Positions 27,905-42,024 of a DNA stretch of 64,000 bases are shown piece by piece. Within the stretch, counting starts at the first letter, position 1, and every line of letters starts with the position of its first letter. The DNA is taken from contig OX597829.1 in assembly GCA_951406725.2 (NCBI GenBank), forward strand, positions 14,694,001-14,758,000. The letters are read 5' to 3'. Under the pieces are notes generated by a model. The model was not told the origin of the DNA, made no database searches, and worked only from the letters and a program-made list of their open reading frames with translations. Source of the stretch: Octopus vulgaris (Eukaryota). A program made the translations under genes and the position numbers.

Positions 27905-28175
27905 GCCTATCGTCTCTATACAAATGAGATTATCAGGACGTTGTCTCTGTACTCATCAAGCTGTCAACCCATCATCTCTGTACGCTCCAAACTGTCAGAA
28001 AAGCTTTTCTGTACACTTTAAATTGACAGTCCATTTCTTTTGGTAAACTTCAAATTGTCAGACTATCTCATCTGTACACAGGAAATTATTTGCCCATCAT
28101 CTCTGTATTCTTGAAATTATCAGACAATCGTTTCTGCGCACTTCAAATTGTCATTACCTCTCCTCTGTACTTACC
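27905..28175. repeat. Degenerate ~31-bp minisatellite (about 8 units)
   Basis: Recurrent TCTGTACAC-TTCAAATTGTCA with variable middles. Confidence 0.75.
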
Positions 28176-28775
28176 TATTTCTTTACTACCCACAAGGGGA
28201 CAAACACAGAGAGGACAAACAAGGACAGACAAACGGATTAAGTCGATAATATCGATCCCCAGTGCGCAACTGGTACTTATTTAATCGACCCTGAAAGGAT
28301 GAAAGGCAAAGTCGACCTCGGCGGAATTTGAACGCAGAACGTAGCGCAGACGAAATATCTATTTCTTTACTACCCACAAGGGGCTAAACACCAAGAGGAC
28401 AGACAAGGGCAGGCAAACGGATTAAGTCGATTACATCGACTCCAGTGCGTAACAGGTACTTATTTAATCGACTCCGGAAGGATGAAAGGCAAAGTCGACC
28501 TCGGCGGAATTTGAACTCAGAACGTAACAGCAGACGAAATACCTATTTCTTTACTACCCACAAGGGGCTAAACACAGAAAGAACAAACAAGGACAGACAA
28601 ACGGATTAAGTCGATTACATCAACCCCAGTGCGTAATTGGTACCTATTTAATCTACCCCGAAAAGATGAAAGGCAAAGTCGACTTCGGCGGAATTTGAAC
28701 TCAGAACGTAGCGGCAGACCAAATACTGCTAAGCATTTCACCCAGCGTGTTAACGATTCTGCTGCCTCGCCGCCT
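28176..28775 (-). mobile_element. Head-to-tail trimer of the Meta-domain SINE within one TSD
   Basis: Units 28176-28359, 28360-28543, 28544-28775; TSD TCCTCTGTAC[T/A]TACC at 28161-28175 and 28776-28790. Confidence 0.92.
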
Positions 28776-29244
28776 TCCTCTGTACATACCACGCTGATGG
28801 AAGAAAAGAAATTAGCTGTGTAATTCTTCAAGGTGATTTTAAAGTGTTGCATGTTGGGACGATTTACATCTTCGCCTATTTTGCGGTTGTTACTTGGTCC
28901 TTGATTTAATATTTGTATGTTTTGCGATCTTAGTTATCTTATAACATAATCCAGTAACCAGTCTCATAGAGTAAAATGAGATGCCGGATTGTTCAGTGTA
29001 CTAGAAATTTATTACTTCGTGCACGCAACTACAGGCACAGGCGAAGAGAAATTTCGTTTTAAATCACGTAAGTGCCCTATATGTATAAGCACGTCGGACA
29101 CTAACACACACTCACAATTAATAAAGAAAAAAAAAAGTAAAATACAAAGTATTAGGCGTGCTTCTGTTGGTAAGAAGTTTGCTTTCTCATTGCAAGGTTC
29201 TCAGTTCAGTTCCACTGCTTGCTGACATGGACAACTGCTTTCTC

Positions 29245-29279
<35 letters not shown>

Positions 29280-29282
<3 letters not shown>

Positions 29283-29584
29283 GATATTAGCCAACCGAAT
29301 ATGGCTAGGGACAGGGCAGGGTGGTGGGGGTGTCACTGTTGCATTTAGCCCCAGGCGAACATCAACGTCACCAGATAGGCCGACGCCATCACGGCGTCCT
29401 CTATCTTGCAAAGGGAGATCATTCACCAAGAAGCGGATACCACACACGGACCTAGGTTTCAAGGTGTATTGCCTATTATCAACGTGTGGTAGGCATCGCT
29501 TCTCGACGAACGACCAACCGTGCAACAGTGACACCCCCACCACCTTGCCCTGTCCCTAGCCATATTCAGTTGGCTAATATCCCT
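29280..29584. mobile_element. MITE with 64-bp terminal inverted repeats, TA-flanked
   Basis: 29280-29343 versus 29521-29584 inverted with 2 mismatches. Confidence 0.9.
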
Positions 29585-29634
29585 TATATTATGGAGCAGT
29601 CACTGTCTATATCTCATTTAGAGAATTATTATTG

Positions 29635-29678
<44 letters not shown>

Positions 29679-29921
29679 ATATATATATATATGCAAATAT
29701 ATATTTATTGTGTATGTGTACGTATATAGTATATATATATATATATATATTGTATATATAAATATGTATGTGTATATATGCATTGTATACATATATACAT
29801 ATAAATATGTATATAAATACGTATGTGTATCTATGCATTGTTTATATATATATATGTTTATATATACATATATATATATATGTATACATACAATATATAT
29901 ATAAAATATATAAAAAATATA

Positions 29922-30092
29922 AAGTCAGAGCCGCCTGCACCAGTAGCACTGCCCCTACCCACTTCTGCCCCACCTGTGGGGGGGGGGGGGGCTTCCTTGC
30001 CCGGATTGGCCTCACCAGCCACCTCCGGTCTCATGGCGGCAGTTCCATCAGATGATGTCAGTTGGTCATCTTCGAACCGAAGGACGAACATT
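29922..30092 (+). mobile_element. RTE-clade LINE 3' end
   Basis: C2H2 finger HFCPTCG..FLARIGLTSHLRSH and tail TGGTCATCTTCGAACCGAAGGACGAAC. Confidence 0.85.
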
Positions 30093-30189
30093 ATTATATA
30101 AAATATATATATATTATATTGTATATATATATATATATACATAAGTATATTGTATATATATGCGTATATATATATGTATGTGTGTGTGT

Positions 30190-30389
30190 TTGTGTGTCTG
30201 TGTTTGACCCATCCTGCATCGCTTGACAACCGTTTGCTAGTGTGTTTACGTCCCTGTAACCTAGCGGTTCGGCAAAGAGTCCGATAGAATAAGTACTAGG
30301 TTTACAAGGAATAAGTCCTTGGATCGATTTGCTCGACTATGGGCGGTGTTCCAGTAAGGCTTACAGTCAAATAACTCAAACAACTAAAA

Positions 30390-30393
<4 letters not shown>
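30190..30393 (+). mobile_element. CORE-SINE 3' half
   Basis: GCTTGACAACC...GATAGAATAAGTACTAGG...GGCGGTG tail. Confidence 0.8.
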
Positions 30394-30440
<47 letters not shown>

Positions 30441-30442
<2 letters not shown>

Positions 30443-32775
30443 TGATTGATTGATTGATTGATTCTAGTTTCAGCTCATGAGCTGTGGCCATGCTGGGGCA
30501 CCGCCATTTGGTGTTGCTACTTGGTTTTACTTCACGAAAGCTTTTTAGCAACTGCCATTTGGTGCATGAGAGAGTTCGATGCAGCTGCCCTCATCTGCAT
30601 CTCCTGCCGTGAAGTTGGTTCATCTGGCACATCTGACAGGAAGAGATCCAGTTTCATTTTAAAGACATCTGCATCCACCCCATGCAAGTCTCTTAGGTTC
30701 TTCGGGAGGATATTGAAGAGCTGTGGGCGTCGGAAGCCCAGGCTATCACAGTATCTTGTCCTACATCTTGATGGCAAATTTGGAGTCCTAGGCACCACGC
30801 AGTGGCGCCCAGTTCTGGCATTTGTGTAACTCTCGATGCCAAAGTTTGGGACAAGTCCCTCCAGGATGTTCCAGATGTATATTATGGCATATCTTTCCCG
30901 CCTACGCTCCAAGGAATTTAGTTTTAATCTCTTGAGTCTTTCCCAGTAGCTTATACTCTGCATAGAGGCTATCTTCTTCGTGTAGCTACGTTGGATCGCC
31001 TCAAGTTCTGTGATCAACTTGACACTGGAGCAATAGTCAGAGTGGCTTAGGACAAGTGTCCTCCAGAGGACCATCATGGTTTCTTGTTCTCTTGTTCTAA
31101 AGGTTCTGAGAATCCATCCGGCCAGTCGTCTACATTTCATTGCCAATTTAGCAACATGTACACGAAAGGTTGCGTCATCACTCATGTAAATACCCAGGTC
31201 ACGCACTGATTGTGCCTCTGGGATTGCAATTCCTCCGGGTCCAGTGTATTCATTGGGTATTGCATTTAGTTTTGCATGCTGATAGTATAAAGCTTGAAAC
31301 TTTTCAGCATTGAACTGCATGCTATTCTTTTCAGCGCACTTGTATATTTTGTCCAGCTCACATTGCAGGCGTTTAGTGTCCTCAGGGTTCTGTATTGCCT
31401 GTGAAACTTTTGTATCATCTGCATAACTTGTGATCGTGACTCTCTGCGTGGCTGAGGGCATGTCTGAGAGGGCCATTATGAACAATAGTGGTCCCAAAAC
31501 AGTGCCCTGCGGAACACCGCTCACTATTTGCGTGTTAATGGAAGTGGCCCCATTGGCTACTACCACCTGACTTCTATCTTTCAGAAAGTCATGAAGCCAT
31601 TCTCCCAGTTTTCCAACTATGTTGAGATCACGCAGTTTGTGACATATCATTCCATGATCGACTTTATCAAAGGCCTTTGCAAAGTCGAGATATATCACTT
31701 CCACATTTGAGTGGTTGAGCAGTCGTTTCAGCACCCAATCATAGTGTTGTAGGAGCTGAGTTAAACAGCTTCTCCCTGGTCGGAAACCATGTTGGGTGTC
31801 GGGCAGCAAGTCATTTTCTTCAAGGAAGGTGATCAGTTTCCTTCTGACTATTCGTTCCATGACCTTGCTGATGTGTGAGGTCAGAGAGATAGGTCTGTAG
31901 TTCTTGGCCTCCGCTCTGCTACCTCCTTTATGAATGGGGCATATTTTACCTTCCTTCAGTTTTCTTGGAAGTTTGCCAGCTGCAAGGAAGCTCTGAAAGA
32001 GGAACTGCAGTGGTCTTGCTAGGACTCTCTTACATAATTTTAGGAGGATTGCTGGGAATCCATCGGGGCCAGTAGCTGAGTCTGTTTTCATTTCATCTAT
32101 AGCCTTGATTACATCGTCTTCCTTTATATTGATGTAATATATCGTCGCCGCCTCTGATTTTATATCTGCAGTGGTAAAGGAGTCAGTTGGATTGGTGATT
32201 TGGAGATGCCCTAGGGGTGGAGTGAAAACACTCTTGAATTGCTCATTCAGTATTTCACTTATTCTCATTGGATTTCCTGTGAGTGTACCATCCTTTTCAA
32301 GGAGTGGCCCTATCCTACAGTGCACCATAGCTGTTTCTTTGGCATACCTGTAGAAAGCTCTGGGGTTAGATTTTATGTTGTCTATAGCCCAGGCTTCTTT
32401 GTCTGCTCTTTCCTTTTCATGGGAGAGTTGCAGACAATTTTCAATTTCCAACAGTTTTATTTTCAGGCGGTACTTTTCACTGCTTTCAATTTGTTTGTTT
32501 AGGCGATTTGAAATTTTTGTACGCCGTCTCATTAAAATATTCCTCTCTCTGGGGATTTTGTTCCTGTGTACAGTGGCCTTTCTCTCTGGGACACATTTGT
32601 AGCATATGGCTTGCATTACAGACATGAATTGTTGAAGTTTCACTTCGATGTCTGGCGAGGAGAGACATTTAGGCTAGTTTTGTTTGAGGATCTCTTTGTT
32701 TGTTTGATACCAGTTTGCCTTATGGTAGTTCAAGCTGGAAAGATTCTGAGGGTTTCTTGTAGGCTGCATGTCCGT
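30441..32775 (-). mobile_element. 5'-truncated CR1/L2-group LINE with (TCAA)n tail
   Basis: 703-aa RT ORF, 3' stem-loop CAGCTC-AT-GAGCTG, microsatellite tail. Confidence 0.93.
30532..32643 (-). pseudogene. LINE ORF2 reverse transcriptase (open but lacking the endonuclease)
   Basis: GPDG, NYRPISL, QHGFR, DFAKAFDKV, SGVPQGTVLGPLLF, YADD, RDLG, SLERRR motifs. Confidence 0.93.
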
Positions 32776-32919
32776 GCTCTCTCTCTCTATATATATAAAG
32801 AGTGTATATATAAATAGTGTATATATATACATACATATATATATTTATTTATTTATTTTGTATATATATAGTTATTTATATTTATATTTTAAAATTATAC
32901 ATATATTTTATATTGTATA

Positions 32920-33400
32920 CTAGTAGAAGTACCCGGCGTTGCTTGGGGCTTAAATCCATCAAGGTATTCTTAATGATCCTACTCAATTATGATTATTGAG
33001 GCGTAAATTGATATAAGTTTATGGCCAGCCAATCGATTGGCAACTGGATAGAAAGTCCTACAAAGATCATTGCAACACTCTCAGAAACTCCCACCGAATC
33101 CCTAAAATAACTAGTGTCTACCTTGCAGTCGCACCTCTTCAATAGTTCTTTAATTCAGGACAGCCTCCAAAGCACGACCCCACAGTGTTCACTTCAGCAA
33201 GTAACTAACAAACACGCATGCGTAAGCAAGCTACTTACCACACAGCCACTCCTACGCCTATGGTAGTAAGTAAATGTGTTTAAAAAAGGATTTTGCAAAA
33301 GATGTGTCGCTATTTATTTTTTCGTTGTTATCTTGAAGGACGGTGTTAGAAATGGAAGCTGAACTTACAATTCCCGCCAATTAGAATGAGGTCATTGGTA
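32920..33400 (-). mobile_element. Helitron-like element, second family (5' limit uncertain)
   Basis: 3' CCCCAAGCAACGCCGGG hairpin + CTAG with an unrelated interior. Confidence 0.55.
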
Positions 33401-34319
33401 ACCATAGGTACATATATATATGTAGATATATATGTGTATTTACGTAGGATTGGTAGTCTGTCTGTTTATTTGACTCTCACTCCTTCTCCTTCCTTCCTGT
33501 CTGTCTTTTTTCTTGGATCATTCGTAAACGTTCATAAGAGGAAGTAGCAATTTAAACGATTTGTAATGGTAGTAGAAGGAGTAAATCATATTGTATTAGA
33601 GGGGAAATGGTTATCTATGTAGTTTTATCGATTTTCTTTCGTAATTGGGAGTTATTTTGACCGAAAAAATGCCCCTATGACCGAAGTTATCGTATTTAGA
33701 ATATTAATTCTGATTTTTTCATCCACTAAGTTTGGAATTGTGTAAATATATGAATTTTCATTATATATACACACAGAGAAAATCTACCTTTAATAGATAA
33801 GATATATACATACATACATCATACATACATATATATATATATATATCGTCTCCGCGGGACCACTCTTCCATCTTCCCCTCAGCTGGAGTCCTTTTCCTTA
33901 TAACCCCCCCTTTTTTTGTACACACACGCGCACACATACATACACCCACTCACACACACACATTTGCTTAAATATATACATTACTCTTACACACACTTCA
34001 AATCTACTCGCCATACATACAACTACGACACTGGACACACACACACTACCACTCAACACACACACTGGCACGTTACATACGCCCCCAACCCTTCCCCTCC
34101 CTCCCTTCCACCTTCCTTCATTTTTTTACTACTGACCACTGTCTGCTATGCCTACCACTGTTTCGCCCTACCTCACACGCCTACACACAGACGCACACAC
34201 TAACATATACATATATTTTTTGTTTTTTTATCTCGCCTCACACACACATACACACACGCACACGCACACACTCACACATACACACACGCACACGCACACA
34301 CTCACACATACACACACAT

Positions 34320-34625
34320 CTGTTGCGTTACCAACCCTGTCTCCACTCTTTTGGCTTTAAAAACCTACTTTGCTTTTGTTATCGTAAACTTCCGCCTTTC
34401 ACCATGTGTACTTCGTAAACATCAGTCGCTTTTTTTTTTTCTCTCCCTCTGTTTGCCCACCTTGGGATCTTTCTTTCCTCTCTCTTCCATCTTTATGTTT
34501 CCGACGAAGAGCTCCGCTCGAAACGTCATACCTTCCTGCTTCCATCTTTCCTGAGCGCCTATTAATAATAATACTGTAATTGTTCCACGTGTTGTTGTTT
34601 TTTCTGTTTTCCCGTTTGGATTAAA
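34320..34625 (+). mobile_element. Penelope-derived mini-element
   Basis: Homologous to 51700-51990; carries a hammerhead motif; ends at (TA)n. Confidence 0.7.
34497..34531 (+). ncRNA. Minimal type I hammerhead ribozyme, U4C core variant
   Basis: GTTT-CCGACGA-A-GAGC(TCC)GCTC-GAAAC-GTC-ATAC. Confidence 0.7.
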
Positions 34626-34737
34626 ATTATATATATATATATATATTTATATTGAATATATACATATATCTATATATTCATATTTTATATATATACATAT
34701 ATATATGTATATCGTAATTATATATATATATATATGT

Positions 34738-35120
34738 ACTTACTTGTACTTGTGACGGCGTTCACCCAGGGCGGGTTGAGCCGGCTTCTTCTCTGCTCCT
34801 GACGGCATCAGGAACCATGGCGGCCCACACTCGACGGTCCTGTGCGAGGTCACTTGAGATAGCGAGCCATTTGCGGTTCCATCTGCGTAGACCGACCACC
34901 TGACGTAGTTCGTATTCGTATTTATTGCCATGGTAGTAGTAGGATTCATAGAAGAAGTTTCGTGGGAATATGGAATTCACAAGCGGTCCCCGACATCCCG
35001 CATGCATATCCCGAGTGACGGGACTCCCTGTTTGCCGCGGAGTCTCCACAGACGCAGGAACAGAACGACCTCGAAGCTGCCGGTTGCCGATCAGACGCCT
35101 CTTGGAATTTTCACCAGAGC
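34738..35120 (-). mobile_element. RTE-type LINE 3' fragment
   Basis: WLAISSDLAQDRRVWAAMV motif; (CAAGTA)n tail. Confidence 0.75.
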
Positions 35121-35294
35121 ACCTACCTACCTACCTACCTACCTACCTACCTACCTACCTACCTACCTACCTACCTACCTACATACATACATACATACAT
35201 ACATACATACATACCTACCTACCTACCTACCTACCTACATACATACATACATACATACATACATACATACATACATACATACATACATACCTAC

Positions 35295-35470
35295 ATCGCT
35301 TGATAACGATGGTGGTGTGTTTACGTCCCCGTAATTTAGCGGTTCGGCATAAAGAGACCGATAGAATAAGTACTAGGCGCACAAAGAATAAGTACTGGTG
35401 TCGATTTGCTCGACTAAAGGTGGTGCTCCAGCATGGCCGCAGTCAAATGACTGAAACAAGTAAAAGACTA
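35295..35470 (+). mobile_element. CORE-SINE 3' half
   Basis: Tail GGTGGTGCTCCAGCATGGCCGCAGTCAAATGACTGAAAC. Confidence 0.85.
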
Positions 35471-35664
35471 AAGAGAGTATATGCTTCAGAAAAAGATCTC
35501 AGTTAATTACAGAGCTCTTATAAACAACTAAAATGACAAGGGGGAAAAAACTATCATGGACTTCATTGCCGTAGAACAGTTTCTGTTATAACATTCAATA
35601 CATGCATATTTGAATGCTTGTGCAACACCCTATAACCTCATCGGAGCTTCAAAAGTAAAGTGCA

Positions 35665-36160
35665 GTTTTATTTATCTCCTCAAAGACATACATCATCTCG
35701 AAAGAGTCCAGAAGCTGGCTACCCGCATGGTTCTTGGTTTCAAGCAATTGTCTTATGAAGAAAGGCTGAAGACGCTCGACCTTTATTCTCTAGAAAAACG
35801 ACGACGCCGTGGTGATCTCATTCTCGCTCACAACATCATAAGCGGAAAAGTGTAACCTCTCGAAAGAGCTGTTCTTCACTCCTGCTCCAGAGCGTGGGCT
35901 GCGGGGTCACTCCGAAAAGCTCTATCTGCGACGATTTCATCTCAATCGAAGGAGAGGGGCTTTCTACGTCCGGGTTGCGGATCCGTGGAATAAGCTGCCG
36001 GACAAATAATGAAGATGCCGACGACCGCTCGGTTCAAAGTCTCTCTTGACCGGAAATGGCCTGAACTCTTTGTATGAACACCCTCCCTGTACATAACTCC
36101 ATGTCCCCCTACATGGCCTTGCTTTTTGCTTTTTGAGCCAAAAAATTAACTTAACTTAGC
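35665..36160 (+). mobile_element. CR1-clade LINE 3' fragment
   Basis: KDIHHLERVQKLATRMV..LSYEERLKTLDLYSLEKRRRRGDLI; (AACTT)n tail. Confidence 0.9.
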
Positions 36161-36342
36161 TATTTAGGAAGGCATTTACACAGACACACATACGTACACA
36201 CACACTTATACAGAAACGCATTACTAACCAAAGGGGTATTAACGTATGTAGGAAATAACGTTAAGCTATGAGTGGGAAAGCCCCACCCAGAAGTGGGCTA
36301 ATAAAAATTTTATCCAGCCACCCACCTACCTACCTACCTACC

Positions 36343-36568
36343 TATTTCTTTGCACAAGATGCTAAATATAGAGGGGAAAAAAGGACAGACAAACGGATTG
36401 AGTCGATTATATCGACCCCAGTGCGTAACTGGTACTTAATTTATCGACCCTGAAAGGATGAAAGGCAAAGTCGAACTCGGTGGAATTTGAAACCAGAACG
36501 TAACGGCAGACGAAATCCGGCTACAGCATTTCGCCCGGCGTGCTAACGATTCTGCCAGCGCGCCGCCA
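36343..36568 (-). mobile_element. Meta-domain SINE inserted in (CCTA)n
   Basis: Head, core and tail present; CCTA repeats on both sides. Confidence 0.9.
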
Positions 36569-37078
36569 GCTTACCTACCTACTTACCTACCTATCTACCT
36601 ACCTATCTACCTACCTACCTACCTACCTACCTACCTATCTACCTACCTACCTACCTACCTACCTAACTACCTACCTAACTACCTACTTGCCTGCCTGCCT
36701 GCCTACCCTCCTGTCTGTCAGTCTGTCATATGAGTACACATATGCGCATACATATGCATGCCTACATACATAGACATGCGCATATATATGTGTGTGACTA
36801 TGTTTGTATCGCACCACCGCTTGAGAACCAGTGTTCGTTTGTTTATATCCACGCAAAATTAAGGGATCGACATTAGTAATAATAAGTACTAGACTTCTAA
36901 AACGTAATTAGATGCACTATCTGCGATTCATTCATCTTACATTTACGAAGATCCGATTAATCTATAGAGTGTAATGCAAGAATTCAAATATGAGTACATT
37001 GCATTTTATAGCAGAAACAACTGTTAGCTAATGGAGACCATTCCATAATTTCTTATTCGTCATTTTAATTTCTTTTAC

Positions 37079-37140
<62 letters not shown>

Positions 37141-37149
<9 letters not shown>

Positions 37150-37372
37150 CTGCCCACAAGGGGCTAAACATAGAGGGGACAAACAAGGACAGACACACGG
37201 ATTAAGTCGATTACATCGACCCCAGTGCATAACTGGTACTTAATTTATCATCCCCGAAAGGATGAAAGGCAAAGTCGACATCGGCGGAATTTGAACTCAG
37301 AACGTAACGGCAGACGAAATACTACTAAGCATTTCGCCCGGCGTGCTAACGTTTCTGCCAGCTCGCCGCCCT
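37141..37372 (-). mobile_element. Meta-domain SINE with TSD TTTTACGTATATATA
   Basis: Full-length copy; the flank is repeated near 37073 and 37372. Confidence 0.9.
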
Positions 37373-38125
37373 TTTACGTATATATATATATATATACTCA
37401 CCAATAAATATATGCGCATACATATACATGCCTTACATACATAGACATATGCGCCGCATATATGTGTGTGACTATGTTTGTATCCCACCACCGCTTGTAA
37501 ACCATTGTTCGTTTATTTATATCTCCGCAAAATTAAGGGTTCGGCATTAGAGATAATAAGTACTAGGCTTCTAAAACGTAATTAGTGGGATTGATTATTT
37601 GCACTAATACCCTTGAAGGCAGATGCCAAACATGGCTGCCGCAGTCCTGTACAAAGAATGAAAAAAAAGATTAAATTGCTGGTGCTGGTTTGTTCGACAA
37701 ACCTCGTCAAGGCATTGCCCCAGCATGGCCGGGATTAGTCCGATGACTGAATCAAGTAAAATATAAAACACAAAAATTTGTCTTAACGTGAGGGAAACCG
37801 ATATTCTTGAAAGCCTAATCGATATAATCGATAATACAATCTTACCATTGCTAATATATCTTAATACAGTATTAGTATTAGTTTTGGGGTATCGATAACA
37901 CACACACACATGCGCGCGCGCGCAAATAAGTAAATAAACAAATAAACATAACATACATTAGGAAACAAAGTGAGGTAAAAAAAAATGATTAAAATATCAG
38001 GAAGAACAAAAACAAGGTATTTGATCGGATTTTCTTGTAACCAGATATTGTTGATGGAATAAGCTGATAGAAAGACGTTAAGACAGAATGAATTATATGT
38101 GTGTGTCTGTGTGTGTGAGAGAGAA

Positions 38126-38164
<39 letters not shown>

Positions 38165-38296
38165 TTGGGTGTACGCGTGCACGTATATATAGATACTCTG
38201 ATAGATAGATTGATTGATAGATGGAGATATACATATATATGTATATATACATTTACATACATAAGTGCAAACATATACATGCACATACACATGTAT

Positions 38297-38438
<142 letters not shown>

Positions 38439-38476
38439 ACATACATACATATATACATATATACATATATATAAAT

Positions 38477-38592
<116 letters not shown>

Positions 38593-38895
38593 CTACCGTG
38601 CTAACGTGATTGAGAAGATTGTTTTCCATCAATGAGGTTTTGTGTTTCGTCCCATTGTGCGGTATCTTGACCCGGCGTCTTCTACTATAATCCCAAGACC
38701 ACCAACGCATTGTATGTAGATTTCTTTGACGGAAGCTGTATGAAAACCCGACTTGTATGTATGTATGTACGTATGTATGTATGTATGTATGTATGTATGT
38801 ATGTATGTATGTATGTACGTATGTATGTATGTATGTATGTATGTATGTATGTATGTATGTATGTATGTATGTATGTATGTATGTATGTGTGTATG

Positions 38896-38929
<34 letters not shown>

Positions 38930-38951
38930 TGTATGTATGTATGTATGTATG

Positions 38952-39183
38952 TATTTCTTTATTGCCCACAAGGGGCTAAACACAGAGATCGCAAACAAGG
39001 ACAGACAAAGGAATTAAGTCGATTACATCGATCCCAGTGCGTAACTGGTACTTAATTTATCAACGCCGAATGGATGAAAGGCAAAGTCGACCTCGGCGGA
39101 ATTTCAACTCAGAATGTAACGGCAGGAGAAATACGGCTACGCATTTCGCCCGGCGTGCTAACGTTTCTGCCAGCTTGCTGCCT
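38952..39183 (-). mobile_element. Meta-domain SINE inserted in (TATG)n
   Basis: Full-length copy; TATG repeats on both sides. Confidence 0.9.
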
Positions 39184-39604
39184 TTATTTATGTATGTATG
39201 TATGTATGTATGTATAGAAAAATACATGAAGGATAAAGATGTATTATCTGCGATTTATTCATCTTACATGCGTTTCGAATAGCCTAGACTCACCCAAGCG
39301 TTGAACATTTCAACATGTATATTTAATCGATCCTTTATCTGATCGACTAAAATGCCAGAGAAAGATGGGAGTTAGGTTCCACTGTATTCTTTTCAAAGCT
39401 AGAACGTTTCCGTCAAGACTAAAACTTTTGGAGGCCATGCCTCAGTATGACAACAGTCCAAGTACAGAAACCAATGAGAGATAAATGGTAAACAGTGTAG
39501 CAAATACCTGAACCGTAATCAAGATTTGAATTGCCAAATAGGGATTCTAATGCCTCAGTTTCTATGTCTTTATTTCTAGTTATCTTTAAATATTTCAATA
39601 CTTT

Positions 39605-39772
39605 AAGGCAGCATGCTGCTGTAATTGTTAACACTCCGCAAATGAACCTCAGCGGAATTTCTTCCTGTTTTACGTTCAGTGTTCAAATTCTATTCATGTT
39701 AACCATTTCACTGGGCTTGACATGATTGGCTAACCTGTTACTCCTAAAATAGCTGGCCTTGTGCCGAAAGGA
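39605..39772 (+). mobile_element. Degenerate Meta-SINE (alternative tail) leading into (TTA)n
   Basis: GTTCAAATTC B-box and GCTGGCCTTGTGCC tail. Confidence 0.6.
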
Positions 39773-40463
<691 letters not shown>

Positions 40464-40659
40464 TGGAAGAACCATTATTATGCCGGACAAAATGCTTTGC
40501 AGCATTTCTTCAGGATATATTCGTATCTGAGTTCAAATTCCTTTGAGGTTGTCTGTATTTCCTTTTATTGGGATCGATAAAATAATTACAAGTCAAGTAC
40601 TGGAATTCGTTGTAATCGATCTGCGACTGCTCCTAATATTCGAAGCAATCGTTGTTATT

Positions 40660-41626
40660 ATTATAATTTTGATTTTGACGTGTTTGATACAATCATTTAT
40701 CGGGTCACATCCACTGTCCTAGGACAAGAGGAGATTAACAGATGTTCATTGGATGTAATTGAATGTTTAGGAAGGGAAGGTGGGTAAGGAGATGCAAAAA
40801 TACATTCATATGACGCAAACAATATAAAATATTTAATTCAATTTGCTTGGGGTTTCTAATGATGTGAGCGGTACTTGTCAGCACAATGTTTTGAATTTCT
40901 GTGAAACATATTTCTCCTGGGATGTTATCTAGTTGTTTCTGACAACCCTTTTTATAATACCAAGGATACCAACAATAACAACAACAGTTTGAGCTTTAAA
41001 ATACCACACATTATCATCATCATCATCATTATTATTATTATCTTTTCAATCTGCATTTGGTGCAACCACTTTCTGAACGACAGACAGCAATCTAAGTCAA
41101 CGGAAGGTTAAAAGTTAACATGTAATTCAGACTTTGGGAAGTGAAGCGGGGAGTACAGTATAGGAATATACCCATACGATGCAACACAACACAAAACATT
41201 TAACTGAAGTTGATAGTGTTTTTCTAAGGGTGTAGGCAGAACTGCCGACAATCTTTTGGATTTCTATGAGAGATGGATCTTCTGGGACGTTATATGCATA
41301 CACCTCTGATATGTTGTTGCAATATCGTATTGGATCACACCTAGTGACCTAGGGCAAACGAAGGTTTCGTGCTGTTTAGATGTAACTGAAAATTTGGGGA
41401 GTACAGTATAGAAATGTAATATAGCACAGTGCAAAACATAAAATTACGTTGATAGGATGATTTTTCTTAGGATATTCGTCAGCGCAGTCTTCTGAATGTA
41501 AATGAGAGCTGCGTCTCCTGAGATATTATTTTGCTGTTTCTAAGATTACTTTTTTATCTTACCAAGAACATCTGCAATAACAAAGACAATTTTCATTTTA
41601 AGATACTACATCATATTATTATCCCG

Positions 41627-41659
<33 letters not shown>

Positions 41660-41875
41660 ATTATTATTATTATTGTTATTATTATTTTGTCGAAGAAATG
41701 CCGATAATCATTATGTTCAGCGTGCTAACAATTCTCCCTAAAAATTCTTATGGATTTCTGTGAGAAAAGGGTCTCCTGTGATGTCATTTCTTCGAATTCC
41801 TAAATATCCTATTTATACCAGGGCACCTGCAATAACAGGGACTGTTTTAGCTTCAGCATGTCACATCGTACCTCA
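40660..41875 (-). mobile_element. Tandem cluster of R4/Dong-like (RLE) LINE 3' fragments
   Basis: Minus-strand translation near 40845-41010 resembles W.LK..TV.VIVG.LG..KKG..KQL..IPG....EIQ.IVLTSTAHI.R; about 4 copies separated by AAT tracts. Confidence 0.7.
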
Positions 41876-41922
<47 letters not shown>

Positions 41923-41962
41923 CACCACCACTACCACCACTACTACCACTATCACTACCACC

Positions 41963-42024
<62 letters not shown>

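Noticed and set aside
27905-28175. Repeat-spacer pattern reminiscent of CRISPR
   Set aside because: Period about 31 bp, degenerate repeats, spacers about 10 nt and partly related, no cas genes, eukaryotic context: a minisatellite
30532-32643. Active or domesticated RT gene
   Set aside because: 5'-truncated, no endonuclease, appears to have a small internal deletion after DYCS, ordinary LINE tail
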